Assembly (NCBI GenBank): GCA_964016885.1
Contig: OZ024749.1
Location: forward strand, 6,820,001 to 6,884,000
DNA from: Eledone cirrhosa
Taxonomy: Eukaryota
DNA: 64,000 nucleotides
Direction: 5' to 3'
Position 1 is the stretch's first letter; each line of letters begins with the position of its first letter. The notes beneath the pieces were generated by a model. It saw only the letters and a list, made by a program, of their open reading frames with translations, searched no databases and was not told where the DNA came from. Both the position numbers and the translations under genes were made by a program. This document shows positions 27,206-40,104 of this stretch, one piece after another.

Positions 27206-27237
<32 letters not shown>

Positions 27238-27238
27238 A

Positions 27239-27286
<48 letters not shown>

Positions 27287-27320
27287 AATCATTGTTGTTA
27301 TTATTATTATTATTATTATT

Positions 27321-27498
27321 AGAGGGTCGGAGGCCATTCTTTGACGCCTAGAGTTACGTCCCTTTACAATCTGAGTTCAAATCCCGCCGAGGTTAACTTT
27401 GCCTTTCATCCTTACGGGGTCGATAAAATAAAGTACCAGTAATACACTGGGGTAATCGCTGGCCTTGTGCCTGACGTAGAAACAATTATTATTATTAT
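27321..27498 (+). mobile_element. SINE family B (tRNA-derived, ATT tail)
   Basis: B box GAGTTCAAATCC, core GCCTTTCATCCTTACGGGGTCGATAAAATAAAGTACC, tail GTAGAAACAATTATT. Confidence 0.82.
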
Positions 27499-27539
27499 TG
27501 GAGTCTGTCATTTTTTGCCTTGTCAAAAAATGACAGGTG

Positions 27540-29136
27540 AGTGGGGAGGGGGGAGGGTGAAATAGAGATGTGTTGATGGTAAAGGTGCGGAGGGGGGAGG
27601 GTGAAATAGAGATGTGTTGATGGTAAAGGTGCGGAGGGGGGAGGGTTGAAATAGAGATGTGTTGATGGTAAAGGTGGGGAGGGGTGAGTGAAATAGAGAT
27701 GTGTTGATTGTAAAGGTGGGGAGGGGGGGAGGGTGAAATAGAGATGTATTGATGGTAAAGGTGGGGAGAGGGAGGGGGAAATAGAGATGTGTTGATGGTA
27801 AAGGTGGGGAGGGGGAGGGGGAAATAGAGATGTGTTGATGGTAAAGGTGGGGAGGGGGAGGGTGAAATAGAGATGTGTTGATGGTAAATGTGGGGAGGGG
27901 GAGGGTGAAATAGAGATGTGTTGATGGTAAAGGTGGGGAGGGGGAGGGTGAAATAGAGATGTGTTGATGGTAAAGGTGGGGAGGGGGAGGGTGAAATAGA
28001 GATGTGTTGATGGTAAAGGTGGGGAGGGGGAGGGTGAAATAGAGATGTGTTGATGGTAAAGGTGCAGAGGGGGGAGGGTGAAATAGAGATGTGTTGATGG
28101 TAAAGGTGGGAGGGGGGAGGGTGAAATAGAGATGTGTTGATGGTAAAGGTGGGGAGGGGGAGGGTGAAATAGAGATGTGTTGATGGTAAAGGTGCGGAGG
28201 GGGGGAGGGTGAAATAGAGATGTGTTGATGGTAAAGGTGGGGAAGGGGAGGGTGAAATAGAGATGTGTTGATGGTAAAGGTGGGGTGGGGGGAGGGTGAA
28301 ATAGAGATGTGTTGATGGTAAAGGTGGGGAAGGGGAGGGTGAAATAGAGATGTGTTGATGGTAAAGGTGCGGTGGGGGGGAGGGTGAAATAGAGATGTGT
28401 TGATGGTAAAGGTGCGGTGGGGGGGAGGGTGAAATAGAGATGTGTTGATGGTAAAGGTGCGGAGGGGGGGAGGTGAAATAGAGATGTGTTGATGGTAAAG
28501 GTGGGGAAGGGGAGGGTGAAATAGAGATGTGTTGATGGTAAAGGTGCGGTGGGGGGAGGGTGAAATAGAGATGTGTTGATGGTAAAGGTGCGTGGGGGGA
28601 GGGTGAAATAGAGATGTGTTGATGGTAAAGGTGGGAAGGGGGAGGGTGAAATAGAGATGTGTTGATGGTAAAGGTGGGGAGGGGTGAGTGAATAGAGATG
28701 TGTTGATTGTAAAGGTGGGGAGAGGGAGGGGGAAATAGAGATGTGTTGATGGTAAAGGTGGGGAGGGGGGGAGGGTGAAATAGAGATGTGTTGATGGTAA
28801 AGAGATTAGGGGAAGGTGGGGAGGTGAGTGAATAGAGATGTGTTGATTGTAAAGGTGGGGAGAGGGAGGGGGAAATAGAGATGTGTTGATGGTAAAGGTG
28901 GGGAGGGGGGGAGGGTGAAATTAGAGATGTGTTGATGGTAAAGGTCGGGGAGGGGGGGAGGGTGAAATAGAGATGTGTTGATGGTAAAGGTGGGGAGGGG
29001 GGGAGGGTGAAATAGAGATGTGTTGATGGTAAAGGTGGGGAGGGGTGAGTGAAATAGAGATGTGTTGATTGTAAAGGTGGGGAAGGGGGATGGTGAAATA
29101 GAGATGTGTTGATGGTAAAGGTGCGGTGGGGGGAGG
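27540..29136. repeat. G-rich minisatellite, ~41-43 bp unit
   Basis: GGGTGAAATAGAGATGTGTTGATGGTAAAGGTGGGGAGGGGGA repeated up to the gap. Confidence 0.95.
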
Positions 29137-29336
29137 NNNNNNNNNNNNNNNNNNNNNNNNNNNNNNNNNNNNNNNNNNNNNNNNNNNNNNNNNNNNNNNN
29201 NNNNNNNNNNNNNNNNNNNNNNNNNNNNNNNNNNNNNNNNNNNNNNNNNNNNNNNNNNNNNNNNNNNNNNNNNNNNNNNNNNNNNNNNNNNNNNNNNNNN
29301 NNNNNNNNNNNNNNNNNNNNNNNNNNNNNNNNNNNN
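29137..29336. other. Assembly gap (200 N)
   Basis: Run of n characters. Confidence 0.99.
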
Positions 29337-29642
29337 AATATCATAGATTTGATATTATGTGAGATGATTATGCGAGGTAAAGCCTTTACTATGAAAACAT
29401 GATAGTATATATAGAATAATTGTTTCTACTTTTGGCACAAGGCCAGCAATTACCCAGTACATTACTGGTACTTTATTTTATCGACCCCGGAATGATGAAA
29501 GGCAAAGTTAACCTCGGCGGGATTTGAACTCAGATCATACAGGGAGGTAACTCTATGCTTCAAAGCATGGCGTCCGACCCTCTACCGATACTGCCAATCC
29601 ACCGCCTTTGTATATATATAGAGTAATGTGAATGCTAAAGGG
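29337..29642. mobile_element. piggyBac-type MITE (partial) carrying SINE B (29415-29607, minus)
   Basis: Ends AATGCTAAAGGG|TTAA; SINE B inserted after GTATATATAGAATAAT. Confidence 0.8.
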
Positions 29643-30404
29643 TTAAAGCCAGTACAATGCGGTAGAAAAATATGAAGGGTAAATAATGACAAATAAAAGA
29701 AAACAGAGTAATGTTTTATCCAGTGTATTTTACCGTGATATTTCAGGGCAATTACCCTCTTTTCAGATACAAAGCTGAAACAGACCAAGACAAAATATAA
29801 TGAGTGATCGGAGTTTCTTTCCCTAACTGACCTGTGTGTCAGTAAAACACGACAATATCTTGGAACCTATAACATGATGATGGTGAACACAACAACCTAA
29901 CCACCAGACCATACACCTCGATGGTGACCATATCAGAATCTATATATAAATGTCCATATGCCACACTATGTAAGCTGCTCCACTAAGACTTTCAGAAAAT
30001 GACATAAATTAGAATTGTGAAATGGTTCCTATTGTAGAATGATTAGAAGTTAATCTCAATCCTTAGTGCAGATAAATCAGTTCCTTATATTTGGTTTAAC
30101 ACTCTCCCCTCATCCTCTAGATAATTGCTGGCTGTGTGTGTGTGTGAAGAGTAATCGATTATAATCTCAAGTTTCAACAAATGAAGAGATTTCAGAAATG
30201 GGAGCTACCGTAGTAGAACTAAATAGTGTGTATGATTTGTTAGCTCTATTACAATGTCTAGACAAAGTCAACTTTTTCATTCATCTCATCAAGATATCAC
30301 ACTTATTAAAAATGCAAACACAGACATATATCTACAGTTGTTTAAATATATATATATATATAATATATAATATAATATCAAAAGATGGTTAAAAGAGTTC
30401 CATG

Positions 30405-30475
30405 TATTTTATTATGCGCATTTCAAAAACAAATATCATCATGGGATGATATTTGCGTTCTCATCAGATAAAATA
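30405..30475 (-). ncRNA. Type I hammerhead ribozyme (cleanest example)
   Basis: Minus strand TATTTTAT-CTGATGA-GAAC GCAAATATCATC CCAT GATGATATTTGT TTTT-GAA-ATGCGCAT-A-ATAAAATA; 8-bp helix I, 12-bp upper helix II, palindromic helix III, AUA site. Confidence 0.85.
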
Positions 30476-31225
30476 GGGATACATGATATGAAGCTTAAAA
30501 AACACTTGTGAATAGTGAAGTTTTAAATCAACATATGAAAAATAAAATAAGATGGATATATGAGATTGGAAAAAAAGGAAAGGAAGGGTGAAAGAAAAGG
30601 TAAGAAGAGGAAGAAAAAAATATATAGATAGAAGAAAAAAATATAATAATAAGGAAAGGGTGATGGAGGAGGGAGTATAAGAAGGAAGGATGAGAGAGAG
30701 AAATAGAGAGAGAGAAGAGTGTAACCTTAAAGTCAGGTTGAGGAGTTTCACTGGGCGCTCTGGGGTTCTGGATTTTTTTTTTTAGGTTGTGCTTGTAATG
30801 TTGGTCTTTTTCTTGAGCTGTAAGATAGTATAGTGTACATAAAGTAGTACTATGTATATACACATAGTATAGTACAGTAGTTACTTAGTGAATGAGTATC
30901 ATGATATAGTAGTAGCTGTAGTGTATATATAGTATATGAGGTAGTCACTAGTATCACTAGTGTAGTACATACACGAGTATATGTATCGTGTTTTAGTGTG
31001 TGATATATAGAGTATATATGTCATACATACAGTATACATATACAATACATATATATATATATATAAACATACATATATATATATACATACATACATATAC
31101 ATATATATATAAATAAACATACATACCATATACATATATATATAAACATACATATATATATATACATACATACATACCACCTCATACATACATATATATA
31201 CTTATACTATATATATACTATTACA

Positions 31226-32112
31226 CTAGCAGAATGGCCCGGTGCTGCTCGGGGTGATTCTAAACATAGATTGGCATGTGTATCCCTCCTTTCTGAAACA
31301 ATACAGAGAAGTACGGAATACCTCGGACTGGGGATGGTGTCTACATTTTGTGCTTATAAAAAAAAAATGTGTCGTATATTACCAGGGGTTTAACTTAATT
31401 GGGTGCCTGAGAGTAAAATGTTCAACCCACGAAAGCCAAGACGATAGGGTTAAGTAAAAAGGCATTCGACAAACCGAACATGTATTTGTTGTGCTATGGT
31501 ACAATGAAAGCAATAGTTACAGAGCAGTAAGCATGTGGGACTGTAGTGGTGGAGAGCATGACGGAATTTAGTTGGATATTTATAAGGTTACAGGCCCTAA
31601 CACAACCAAAATGCTAAACAATGCGGTCCCCGCGGCAAAAATTTGAAATCTTTTTCAGTCAAGAAAATTTGTGAAACATAAGTAATGCATATGCAAAGTT
31701 TTTTAAATATCGGTTGGGTATTTCTCATGCCCAACCGATTTTTTTGTGTGTGTGTGAGTTACAGGTCCTAATGCAACCAAAATACTTCAAGAAATCGGTT
31801 TTTCGTCTAATGCGGTCCTGGGGCAAAAAATGAGAAAATCTGTTTGCTCAAAACACTTTAAACGACATAAGTAATGCAAATTTTGAAGAAATCCCCTGGA
31901 TTATTGTTCCATTATGCCTCAATAAAGCCTAAATATGCGGTCTTTTCCCTAATGTGGTCCTCAGGACATGGAAGCTTTGAAATATGTTTTGCTCAAAACA
32001 CTCACAGGATCATAAGTATTAGATGTATAAAGTTTGAAAAAAAATCGGTTGGGTGGTTTCTCGAGTTTTAGGGAAACAGACAGACAGACAGACAGACATT
32101 CTCTGTTTTAGA
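31226..32112 (-). mobile_element. Non-autonomous Helitron-like element
   Basis: Minus strand starts TCTAAAACAGAGAATGTCTGTCTG and ends with hairpin CCCG AGCAGCAC CGGG then CTAG|T; 5' part homologous to 62031-62504. Confidence 0.72.
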
Positions 32113-32154
32113 TACTGTATATATATATATATATATACATACACATACATGTAT

Positions 32155-32500
32155 ATCATCATCATCACCGTTTTATGTATGTTCTTCCACGCTAGCATGG
32201 GTTAGACAGGTTGTCCTGTTGTGGGCAGTGCCTGGTCGGCTGACCTTGTCTTGCTCATACGGGAACTGATTCTGACTTAATTTCTACAGCCTGGATGCCC
32301 TTCCTAACACCAACCTCATTTACAGTGAGTGCTGGGTGTTTTTTTTCCGTGGCACCTCCACATCCACTTTACAGTGTGGGCTGGGGTGCTTTTTTGCCGT
32401 GGCACGTCCACAACCACTTTGCAGTGGGAGGGTGTGGGGGTATATTGTCTATATGCTTCAGCTTCGGCTTGTACCCGAGGGGGGTCAGGTCTTCTGTATA
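32155..32500 (-). mobile_element. 3' UTR fragment of the 15911-17068 RTE subfamily
   Basis: Aligns by eye with 15911-16240. Confidence 0.8.
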
Positions 32501-32551
32501 ACTGGGTGATGCAAGAAGTCATGGGTATATATATATACATATATATATACC

Positions 32552-32584
<33 letters not shown>

Positions 32585-33246
32585 ATTGCTTCTGCTGGAC
32601 ACCTTTGGGTGACATAAGCTGCCAGTGTTTTTACATAGCTACAGCTTTCTAAATGTTTATTTATAAACATATCGTATTTCTTCAGAAATACGAAATTCAT
32701 ATACATACATATATAAATATATATATTTAATATACTATTTCTATATATATATAATAAATATTAAATATATATATATATATATAAACTAAATGGTGCTTAT
32801 ACCACAGTTCACATTTTCTTTGACTTCACAAAGGCAAAACAAAGAGGAAGGCCAATGAATGTGAGGATCCTTGAATGCTATTTATTGATCCAACTATTAA
32901 AATGTTTATATGTTAGATTGTGGAATATATTCCACAGATCGTTGAAATAATATATTATCATTATTATCATTATTATCATTATTATTATTATTATTTATTT
33001 ATTATTATTTATTATTATTTATTATTATCATCAAATTCTTTCAAGTATTATTCTATTGTAATTGCTTCTGACGGACTACAATCTTTCGAAAATGGATTTA
33101 TATTTCATTTCATTTTTTTGTAAGATTTCTCAAATAAATATTCATATACTTAGAATATCACAACTTCTGAAACTGGATGATAGCAGCAGATATTTTTTAT
33201 AACACCTTTCAAAACTGATTGCGGCTTTGCATAGTGTCTTGGTGTG

Positions 33247-33740
33247 CATGTATGTATATTGTATACGTGTATATGTATGTATGTATATTGTGTATGTATG
33301 TATATTGTGTGTGTATGTATGTATATTGTGTATGTACGTATGTATATTGTGTATGTATGTATGTATGTATATTGTATATGTATGTATGTATATTGTAAAT
33401 GTATGTATATTGTATACGTATGTATGTTATATTGTGAATGTATGTATGTATATTGTATACGTATGTATGTATGTATATAATGTATGTATGTATGTATATT
33501 GTGTATGTATGTATATTGTCATATGTATGTATGTATGTATATTGTATACGTACGTATGTATATTGTATACATATCGTATGTATATTGTATACATACTGTA
33601 TGTATATTGTATAGTATGTATGTATATTGTATATGTATGTATATTGTATACGTATGTATATTGTATACGTATGTATATTGATATACGTATGTATGATACT
33701 TGTGTATGTATGTATGTATATTGTGTACGTACTGTATGAC
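33247..33740. repeat. (TATG)n/TATATTG compound microsatellite
   Basis: Direct inspection. Confidence 0.9.
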
Positions 33741-34826
33741 ATGCATTATTATACATATGTATGTAGTGTGTGTAATGTGTGTGTATGTATGTACAAATGT
33801 ATGCTATGTATGTGTATGATTATATATAGATATGTATCTATGTATAGTTCTAGGGACGAGAGATACATAATACATAAATACTTATGTATATGTGTGTGTC
33901 ATGAGTGTATATATATATACTATATATATACTATAATATATATATATATATTAATACATATATATACTATATATTTCAAATACACTATATATATAAGAGA
34001 GAGAGAGACTACACCATATAATAATATATATATTATATGATATATATATGATATACATATGATATATATACGATATACATATGATATATATATGATATAT
34101 ATATGTATGTATTTTTTCTTTAAATGATTTTGCATTCTTTTCTATTTCCAGGCTATTTGCAGCTCTATTCATTGTACGAGGAAAATGAATTGTGAGATAT
34201 ATAAATATGCTAAACACTTCTCACATTTCCGCACAATAACGAAATCAGTTCATCTCGAAATTTTACAAGAATATCTTATTTTAGCATGTACTTTATAGAA
34301 AACTTTCATGTCTTTGTGTGTGTCTTTGATTTTCCAGCGTGAATGCTAATTGCTTGATTCTCGCCTCGAGGGGAAACTATCCTATAATTTATTCTGTTTG
34401 TATTTAGGATTCGTCTTTTTCGTCATTTTGCTTTGTTTTCTCACCGATATTGAAATTAGTCATCTTCGCCACAATCAGGATAATTTTTACCCCTAAGCTA
34501 GTACTCCACTTCTTCCCTAATTTATCAAATGTTGATTAGAAATAAGTGTTAACGCAACAAAACCTTAATTTGGATTCTTTCCTATTTCAATAGATTCCGT
34601 TGCCAAAATATATTCTGTAGTAAGAAAAGTTTTCAAAAACTAATATATTTTTAACTTTCGATAATCTTTTTGAAGGAAATAAGATTTGATATCCTGCTCC
34701 TCTCCTCCACTTTTTTTTTACTATTTATAATATATTATATCGTAATACCCCTATCATAACAGAATTGCTAACACTGAATTATAATATAGATTTTATATCG
34801 ATATTGATACACAATAATTTACTTAA

Positions 34827-35211
34827 CTCTTTAGCATTCAAACCGGCCTCTTTCTGTTGAAACTGGCTGTAACTGGTCGCTCAAACTGATGTTAAAGTAT
34901 TGTTCTCAAAATAAATACTTTTAAAATCTCATAGATTCGATATTATGTGAGGTAAAGCCTTTACCATGAAAATATAATAGTATATATAAAATAATTGTTT
35001 CTACTTTAGGCACAAGGCCAGCAATTACCCAGTGCATTACTGGTACTTTATTTTATAGACCCCGTAAGGATGAAAGGCAAAGTCAACCTCGGCGGGATTT
35101 GAACTCAGATCGTAAAGGGACGTAACTATGCTGGAAAGCATGGCGTCCGACCCTCTACCGATACTGCCAATCCACCGCTTGTATATATAAAATAATGTAA
35201 ATGCTAAAGGG
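34827..35211. mobile_element. piggyBac-type MITE carrying SINE B (~34990-35178, minus)
   Basis: TTAA|CTCTTTAGCATTCA...ATGCTAAAGGG|TTAA; TSD GTATATATAAAATAAT around the SINE. Confidence 0.85.
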
Positions 35212-35257
35212 TTAAGTATGTACATTAGGCTATTGAAACTAAGAAGCTAATTTTGCA

Positions 35258-35606
35258 GATCAGACACAGGAAACTATGTTTCCATTTGTCATCAGATCAG
35301 ACCAAGGAAACAATGTTTCCATAGGTCTTTCCATTACTGATACTATCTGTTGGCCATCAGATCAGACCAAGGAAACGTTTCCATTGGTCTTTCTGTTACT
35401 GACACTATCTGTTGGTCATCAGATCAGACCAAGGAAACAATGTTTCCATAGGTCTTTCCATTACTGACACTATCTGTTGGCCATCAGATCAGACCAAGGA
35501 AACAATGTTTCCATAGGTCTTTCCATTACTGATACTATCTGTTGGTCATCAGATCAGACCAAGGAAACAATTTTTCCATTGGCCATCAGATCAGACACAG
35601 GAAACT
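35258..35606. repeat. Minisatellite, ~65-bp unit
   Basis: ATCAGATCAGACCAAGGAAACAATGTTTCCATAGGTCTTTCCATTACTGA.. about 5 copies. Confidence 0.85.
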
Positions 35607-35629
35607 ATATTTCATTATTATATTGGTGC

Positions 35630-36176
35630 TTAGTTACGTCCCTTTGCGGTCTGAGTTCAAATCCCGCCGAGGTTGACTTTGTCTTTCATCCTTACGGGGG
35701 TCGATAAAATAAAGTACCAGTAATGCACTGGGTAATTGCTGGCCTTGTGCCTAAAGTAGAAACAATTATTATGTTGGTGCTTGGCAGTATCGGTAGAGAG
35801 CCGGATGCTTTGCAGCACAGAGTTACGGCTCTTTATGATATGAGTTCAAATCCTGCTGAGGTTAACTCTGCCTTTCATCCTTACGGGGTCAATAAAATAA
35901 AGTACCAGTAATGCACTGGGATAATTGCTGGCCTTGTGCCAAAAGTAGAAACAATTATTATGTTGGTGTTTAGATCAGAAAATTGGTTGTAACAGTAAAG
36001 ATTTAGGGCATAGAGTTACATCTCTTTACATTCTGAGTTCAAATCCCGCTGCAGTTAGCTTTGCCTTTCATCATTACAATATCACGAAAATAAAGTACCA
36101 GTAACATACTGAGGTTGATTTAACTTTCCCTCCCACAAAATGGTTGACCTTGTGCCTAAATCAGACACCAATATTA
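35630..36176 (+). mobile_element. Three tandem SINE B copies
   Basis: GAGTTCAAATCC...GTACCAGTAA...ATTAT repeated three times, separated by TGGTGCTT-like spacers. Confidence 0.8.
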
Positions 36177-36527
36177 TAGTGGTGCTTGGAACATAACTTA
36201 AAGGTTCTTAGGGAATATTGTAATAGAAGGTTTTTAAATAAATATAATGTGTGAGTGTTTTTACATTTACTATATTTTCTATTTATAACCTAGCACTTCG
36301 CCAAAAGAAGACCGTTAAATATCGGACTTGGAAAAACCAGTATTGGGGGTAATTTGATCAACTAAAATCTCTTCAATAGTGGTGGTGGTGAATAGCAATG
36401 ATGATGGTGATGATGGTGGTTACAATGGTGAATTGTGATGATGATGATGGTGGTGACAATGGTGAATAGTGATGATGATTGTGATGATGCTGAATGAATA
36501 GTTCAGCCGTTAGGCTTTAACTCATTG

Positions 36528-36578
<51 letters not shown>

Positions 36579-36716
36579 ATACTTTGGGAGGGTCATGTTG
36601 CCAATAAACACACGCACCAGTTGCTTTCACTTCAATTTATTATAATAAATTTATAATAAATTTATAAATTTCTGGTTGGTTGGTTGGTTCCACAACCAGA
36701 TAGTTGTTTATATATT

Positions 36717-36759
36717 GTCATAGTTCTTTCGTCACACACTCTGTGACCTCTTCAGTGAC
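36717..36759 (-). ncRNA. Type I hammerhead ribozyme (homologue of 17908-17958)
   Basis: Minus strand GTCA-CTGAAGA-G-GTCACA GAGTG TGTGAC-GAA-AG AA CT-A-TGAC; downstream (ACCA)n shared with the 17.9 kb copy. Confidence 0.75.
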
Positions 36760-36809
36760 TGGGGATTCCTTTCTTTGTTTCTGTGCCTCTCCTTTGTTCT
36801 GTCCTACGC

Positions 36810-36851
<42 letters not shown>

Positions 36852-37195
36852 AGCCCACACTGTAAAGTGGTTGTGTAGATGTCACAACAAAAAGCACCCA
36901 GCCAACACTATAAAGTGGGCATGTAAAAGACACGGCAAAAAGCACCCAGCACACACTGTAAATGTGGTTGGCGCTATATGAGTGAGACACGGTCACCTGA
37001 CTCAACTTCTGGTCTTCATTTTCAATGTAGTATACAGGAGCAACATGAAATGAAGTGTTTTGCTCAAAAAACAACACACAACCCAGTCCCAGGAATCAAA
37101 CCCACAATGTTACAATGAAGTCCAATACACTTACCACTAGGTCACACAGTGGGAATGAACCCAAAACCACGTGCCTGCTAATGCAAACACCTTAA

Positions 37196-38220
37196 CCCTT
37201 TAGCATTTACATTATTCTATGTTAACTATTATATTTTCACAGTACAGGCTTTACCTCACATTATTACTGTGGATTGGCAGAATCGGTAGAGGGTCGGACG
37301 CCATGCTTTGCAGCAAAGAGTTACAGCCCTTTATGGTCCGAGTTCAAATCTCGCCGAGGTTAACTTTGCCTTTCATCCTTACGGGGTCGATAAAATAAAG
37401 TACCAGTAATGCACTGCGGTAATAGCTGGCCTTGTGCCAAAAGGTAGAAACAATTATTACTGTATATGCTGGTGAACAAGTCAAGATTTGGAGCCTAAAA
37501 ATCTCTCCAAAACCAGAGGTCCACCGAATATAAAATGTGAACCTTTACCACTGAGAGGTAAACTGAAACTACCTCACACTCCTACACCACTTACCATAAC
37601 TCTAGCAGCCACCATAATTATTTCCTACTGAACCTCATATTTCTTAAGTCTATTTAATGTAAAGATTATAGTAATATCAATGACTTGCTGTAGCTCATAG
37701 GGTAGGTTACCATAGGGTAGGTTACCATAGGGTAGGTTACCATAGAGTAGGTTACCATAGAGTAGGTTACCATAAGGTAAGTTACTATAGGGTAGGTTAC
37801 CATAGAGTAGATTACCATAGGGTAGGTTACCATAGAGTAGGTTACCATAGAGTAGGTTACCATAGGGTAAGTTACCATAGGGTAGGTTACCATAGGTTGG
37901 TTAAGGTTAGGCTGGTTTACTCAGTGAGTTAGAATTCACTTGCAACTGAAGTGTTTTAGAAGTGTCTTATTTTTAGGGGGTCGTCTTATTCGGCGAATAT
38001 TGGCCTAAACCTCAGAATTTTAGTGGTTGAATTATGTGCCGGATCAACTTGTAGGCCGACATAAACAGTATCTCACATAATATCGAATCTATGACATTTT
38101 GATATTATTTATATTTAGAACAATACCTTAATATCAGTATCAGTGGCCGGTTACAACATGTTTGAACAGAAAGAGGTGAGAGAATTCAGGCCGGATACAG
38201 TCGGTTTAAATGCTAAATGG
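37196..38220. mobile_element. piggyBac-type MITE ends enclosing SINE B (37268-37458) and other inserted DNA
   Basis: TTAA|CCCTTTAGCATTTA at 37196 and TAAATGCTAAATGG|TTAA at 38220; could be two separate half-copies. Confidence 0.6.
37696..37895. repeat. 15-bp minisatellite CATAG(G/A)GTAGGTTAC, ~13 copies
   Basis: Direct inspection. Confidence 0.95.
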
Positions 38221-38993
38221 TTAACCACCCATCCGTGCCAGGGCCTATATATAATGGGGCATGTGTGTTTTAGGTATTGTTTCTCTTCATAGTATTACTG
38301 TTATCCAAAAAAAATCACAGAAAATTCCATTAAAAGTACACAGTCATTCGACAATTATTTATGTGGCACTAGTGTTTCTTTTTTTAAGGAAGTAGGGGAA
38401 AATATTTCTTTCTTTCTTTTAGAAAGCAATAGAAATGTGACAAAATTAATAATTTTATCAAGCAACACTAGAAATTAATTTTGTATTTTCTTTTCTTTTA
38501 TTTTATATTTTTTGTAATTTATTTTATATCTTTTAATCATTTGTAATTTTTTTTTGTCAAGAAAATATTACAAATAATGAAAACATATGAAAATAGGTTG
38601 CTATAGAACCATGATATTAAGAATAACCTATTGTAACTAAAGTATAAATTTTATTTTATTTTTATTTTACTATTTTTAGGGGTTTTTTTTTTTCCATCTA
38701 TTATCAAATTCCTATTATCATATATGAAAATGTTTACAAAAATACTATCTTTAGGGTATAATAAAATTTTAAAAAATTACCATTGTTACTGTTATTATTA
38801 TCATCATCATCACCATGCTCCATTTATTGGCTGTTTTTTGTCTTAATTAATTTTATAAATACAATAATTCTCATGAAAATTTAATCATTCATAATTCTAA
38901 ACACTATATCTTCCAACTGTCTTCTTAAATTGTGGGTGTATATATATATATATTATACATACATAATATATACACACACACATATATATACAC

Positions 38994-39038
<45 letters not shown>

Positions 39039-39444
39039 CACAATATATATTATACATACATAATATATATACACACACAGACACATATATATATACACAT
39101 AAATATATATATATATATACATACACAATATATATTATACATACATAATATATATACACACACACACATATATATATACACATATATATATATATATATA
39201 CATACACAATATATATTATACATACATAATATATATACACACACACACACACATATATATATACACATATATATATATATATATATACATACACAATATA
39301 TATATACATACACAATATATATATACACAATATATATGCATATATACACACATACATATATATATATATATATCGCACAATATATATCATCATCATCATC
39401 ATCGTTTAACGTCTATCTTCCACGCTAGCATGGGTTTAGACAGG

Positions 39445-39481
<37 letters not shown>

Positions 39482-39499
39482 CATTATATACATATATAT

Positions 39500-39691
39500 A
39501 TAACAAAGGAATTGTGGTAAGGAACCAGATGGACCATAACGCACCAGAGTACTCAATACTTAGGGTAGTAGAGTGGGAAATAGAAAAAAGTATGACCCCG
39601 ACGGCAGAGCTCAAGCCGTTTCGACAGCTATTTCTGGACATTTCTCCAGAAATGGCTTGAGCTCTGCCGTTGGGGTCATACTTTTTCCTAT
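39500..39691 (-). mobile_element. Fold-back remnant with 3' half of a hammerhead
   Basis: Arms 39580-39622 / 39649-39691; minus strand GAA-ACGGC TTGAGCTCT GCCGT-C-GGGG (GUC site). The tail 39500-39577 matches 23557-23635. Confidence 0.68.
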
Positions 39692-39977
39692 ATATACAAA
39701 TATATACATATATATATATATAATATATATATAATATATGTATACACATTATATAAATATATATACATTATATGTATGTATGTATATATATATATATATA
39801 TAAATACAATATCGGAGAATGCTTTTTAGCGATACTCCGGCCAAATTCCAACTCACTCAACAAACATTAGGAAATAAGTGATTATATTCCCAATTATGTG
39901 TTCGGGGTGCTAACTAAAAGTATTGCGTGGAAAATTGGCTGTATTATTTCAAATGAGACATATCTAATATATCTCTT

Positions 39978-40104
39978 CCCAGACGGACGTCTCGTTTCAT
40001 TATAGGACTCCTACAATTTGGGTGAAATTATACCAATTTATGTAGGAGCTTGTATACGATCAATAGATATATATTCAAGTGGGCTCCTATAATTCATCAG
40101 TGGG
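39978..40104 (-). ncRNA. Type I hammerhead ribozyme with ~95-nt branched helix II
   Basis: Minus strand CCCA-CTGATGA-ATTATAGGA ...(CTCCTACA/TGTAGGAG inner stem)... TCCTATAAT-GAA-ACG AGACGTC CGT-C-TGGG; intact core, GUC site. Confidence 0.8.

Noticed and set aside
27540-29136. CRISPR-like look (constant core plus variable segment); also considered for the arrays at 6605, 50350 and 54480
   Set aside because: Variable parts are G-run slippage variants, not unique spacers; no cas genes; eukaryotic context.
32625-32695. Minus-strand CTGAAGA...GAAAGCTGTAGCTA, a possible hammerhead remnant
   Set aside because: Helix III and a helix II hairpin are plausible but helix I does not pair; too ambiguous to call.
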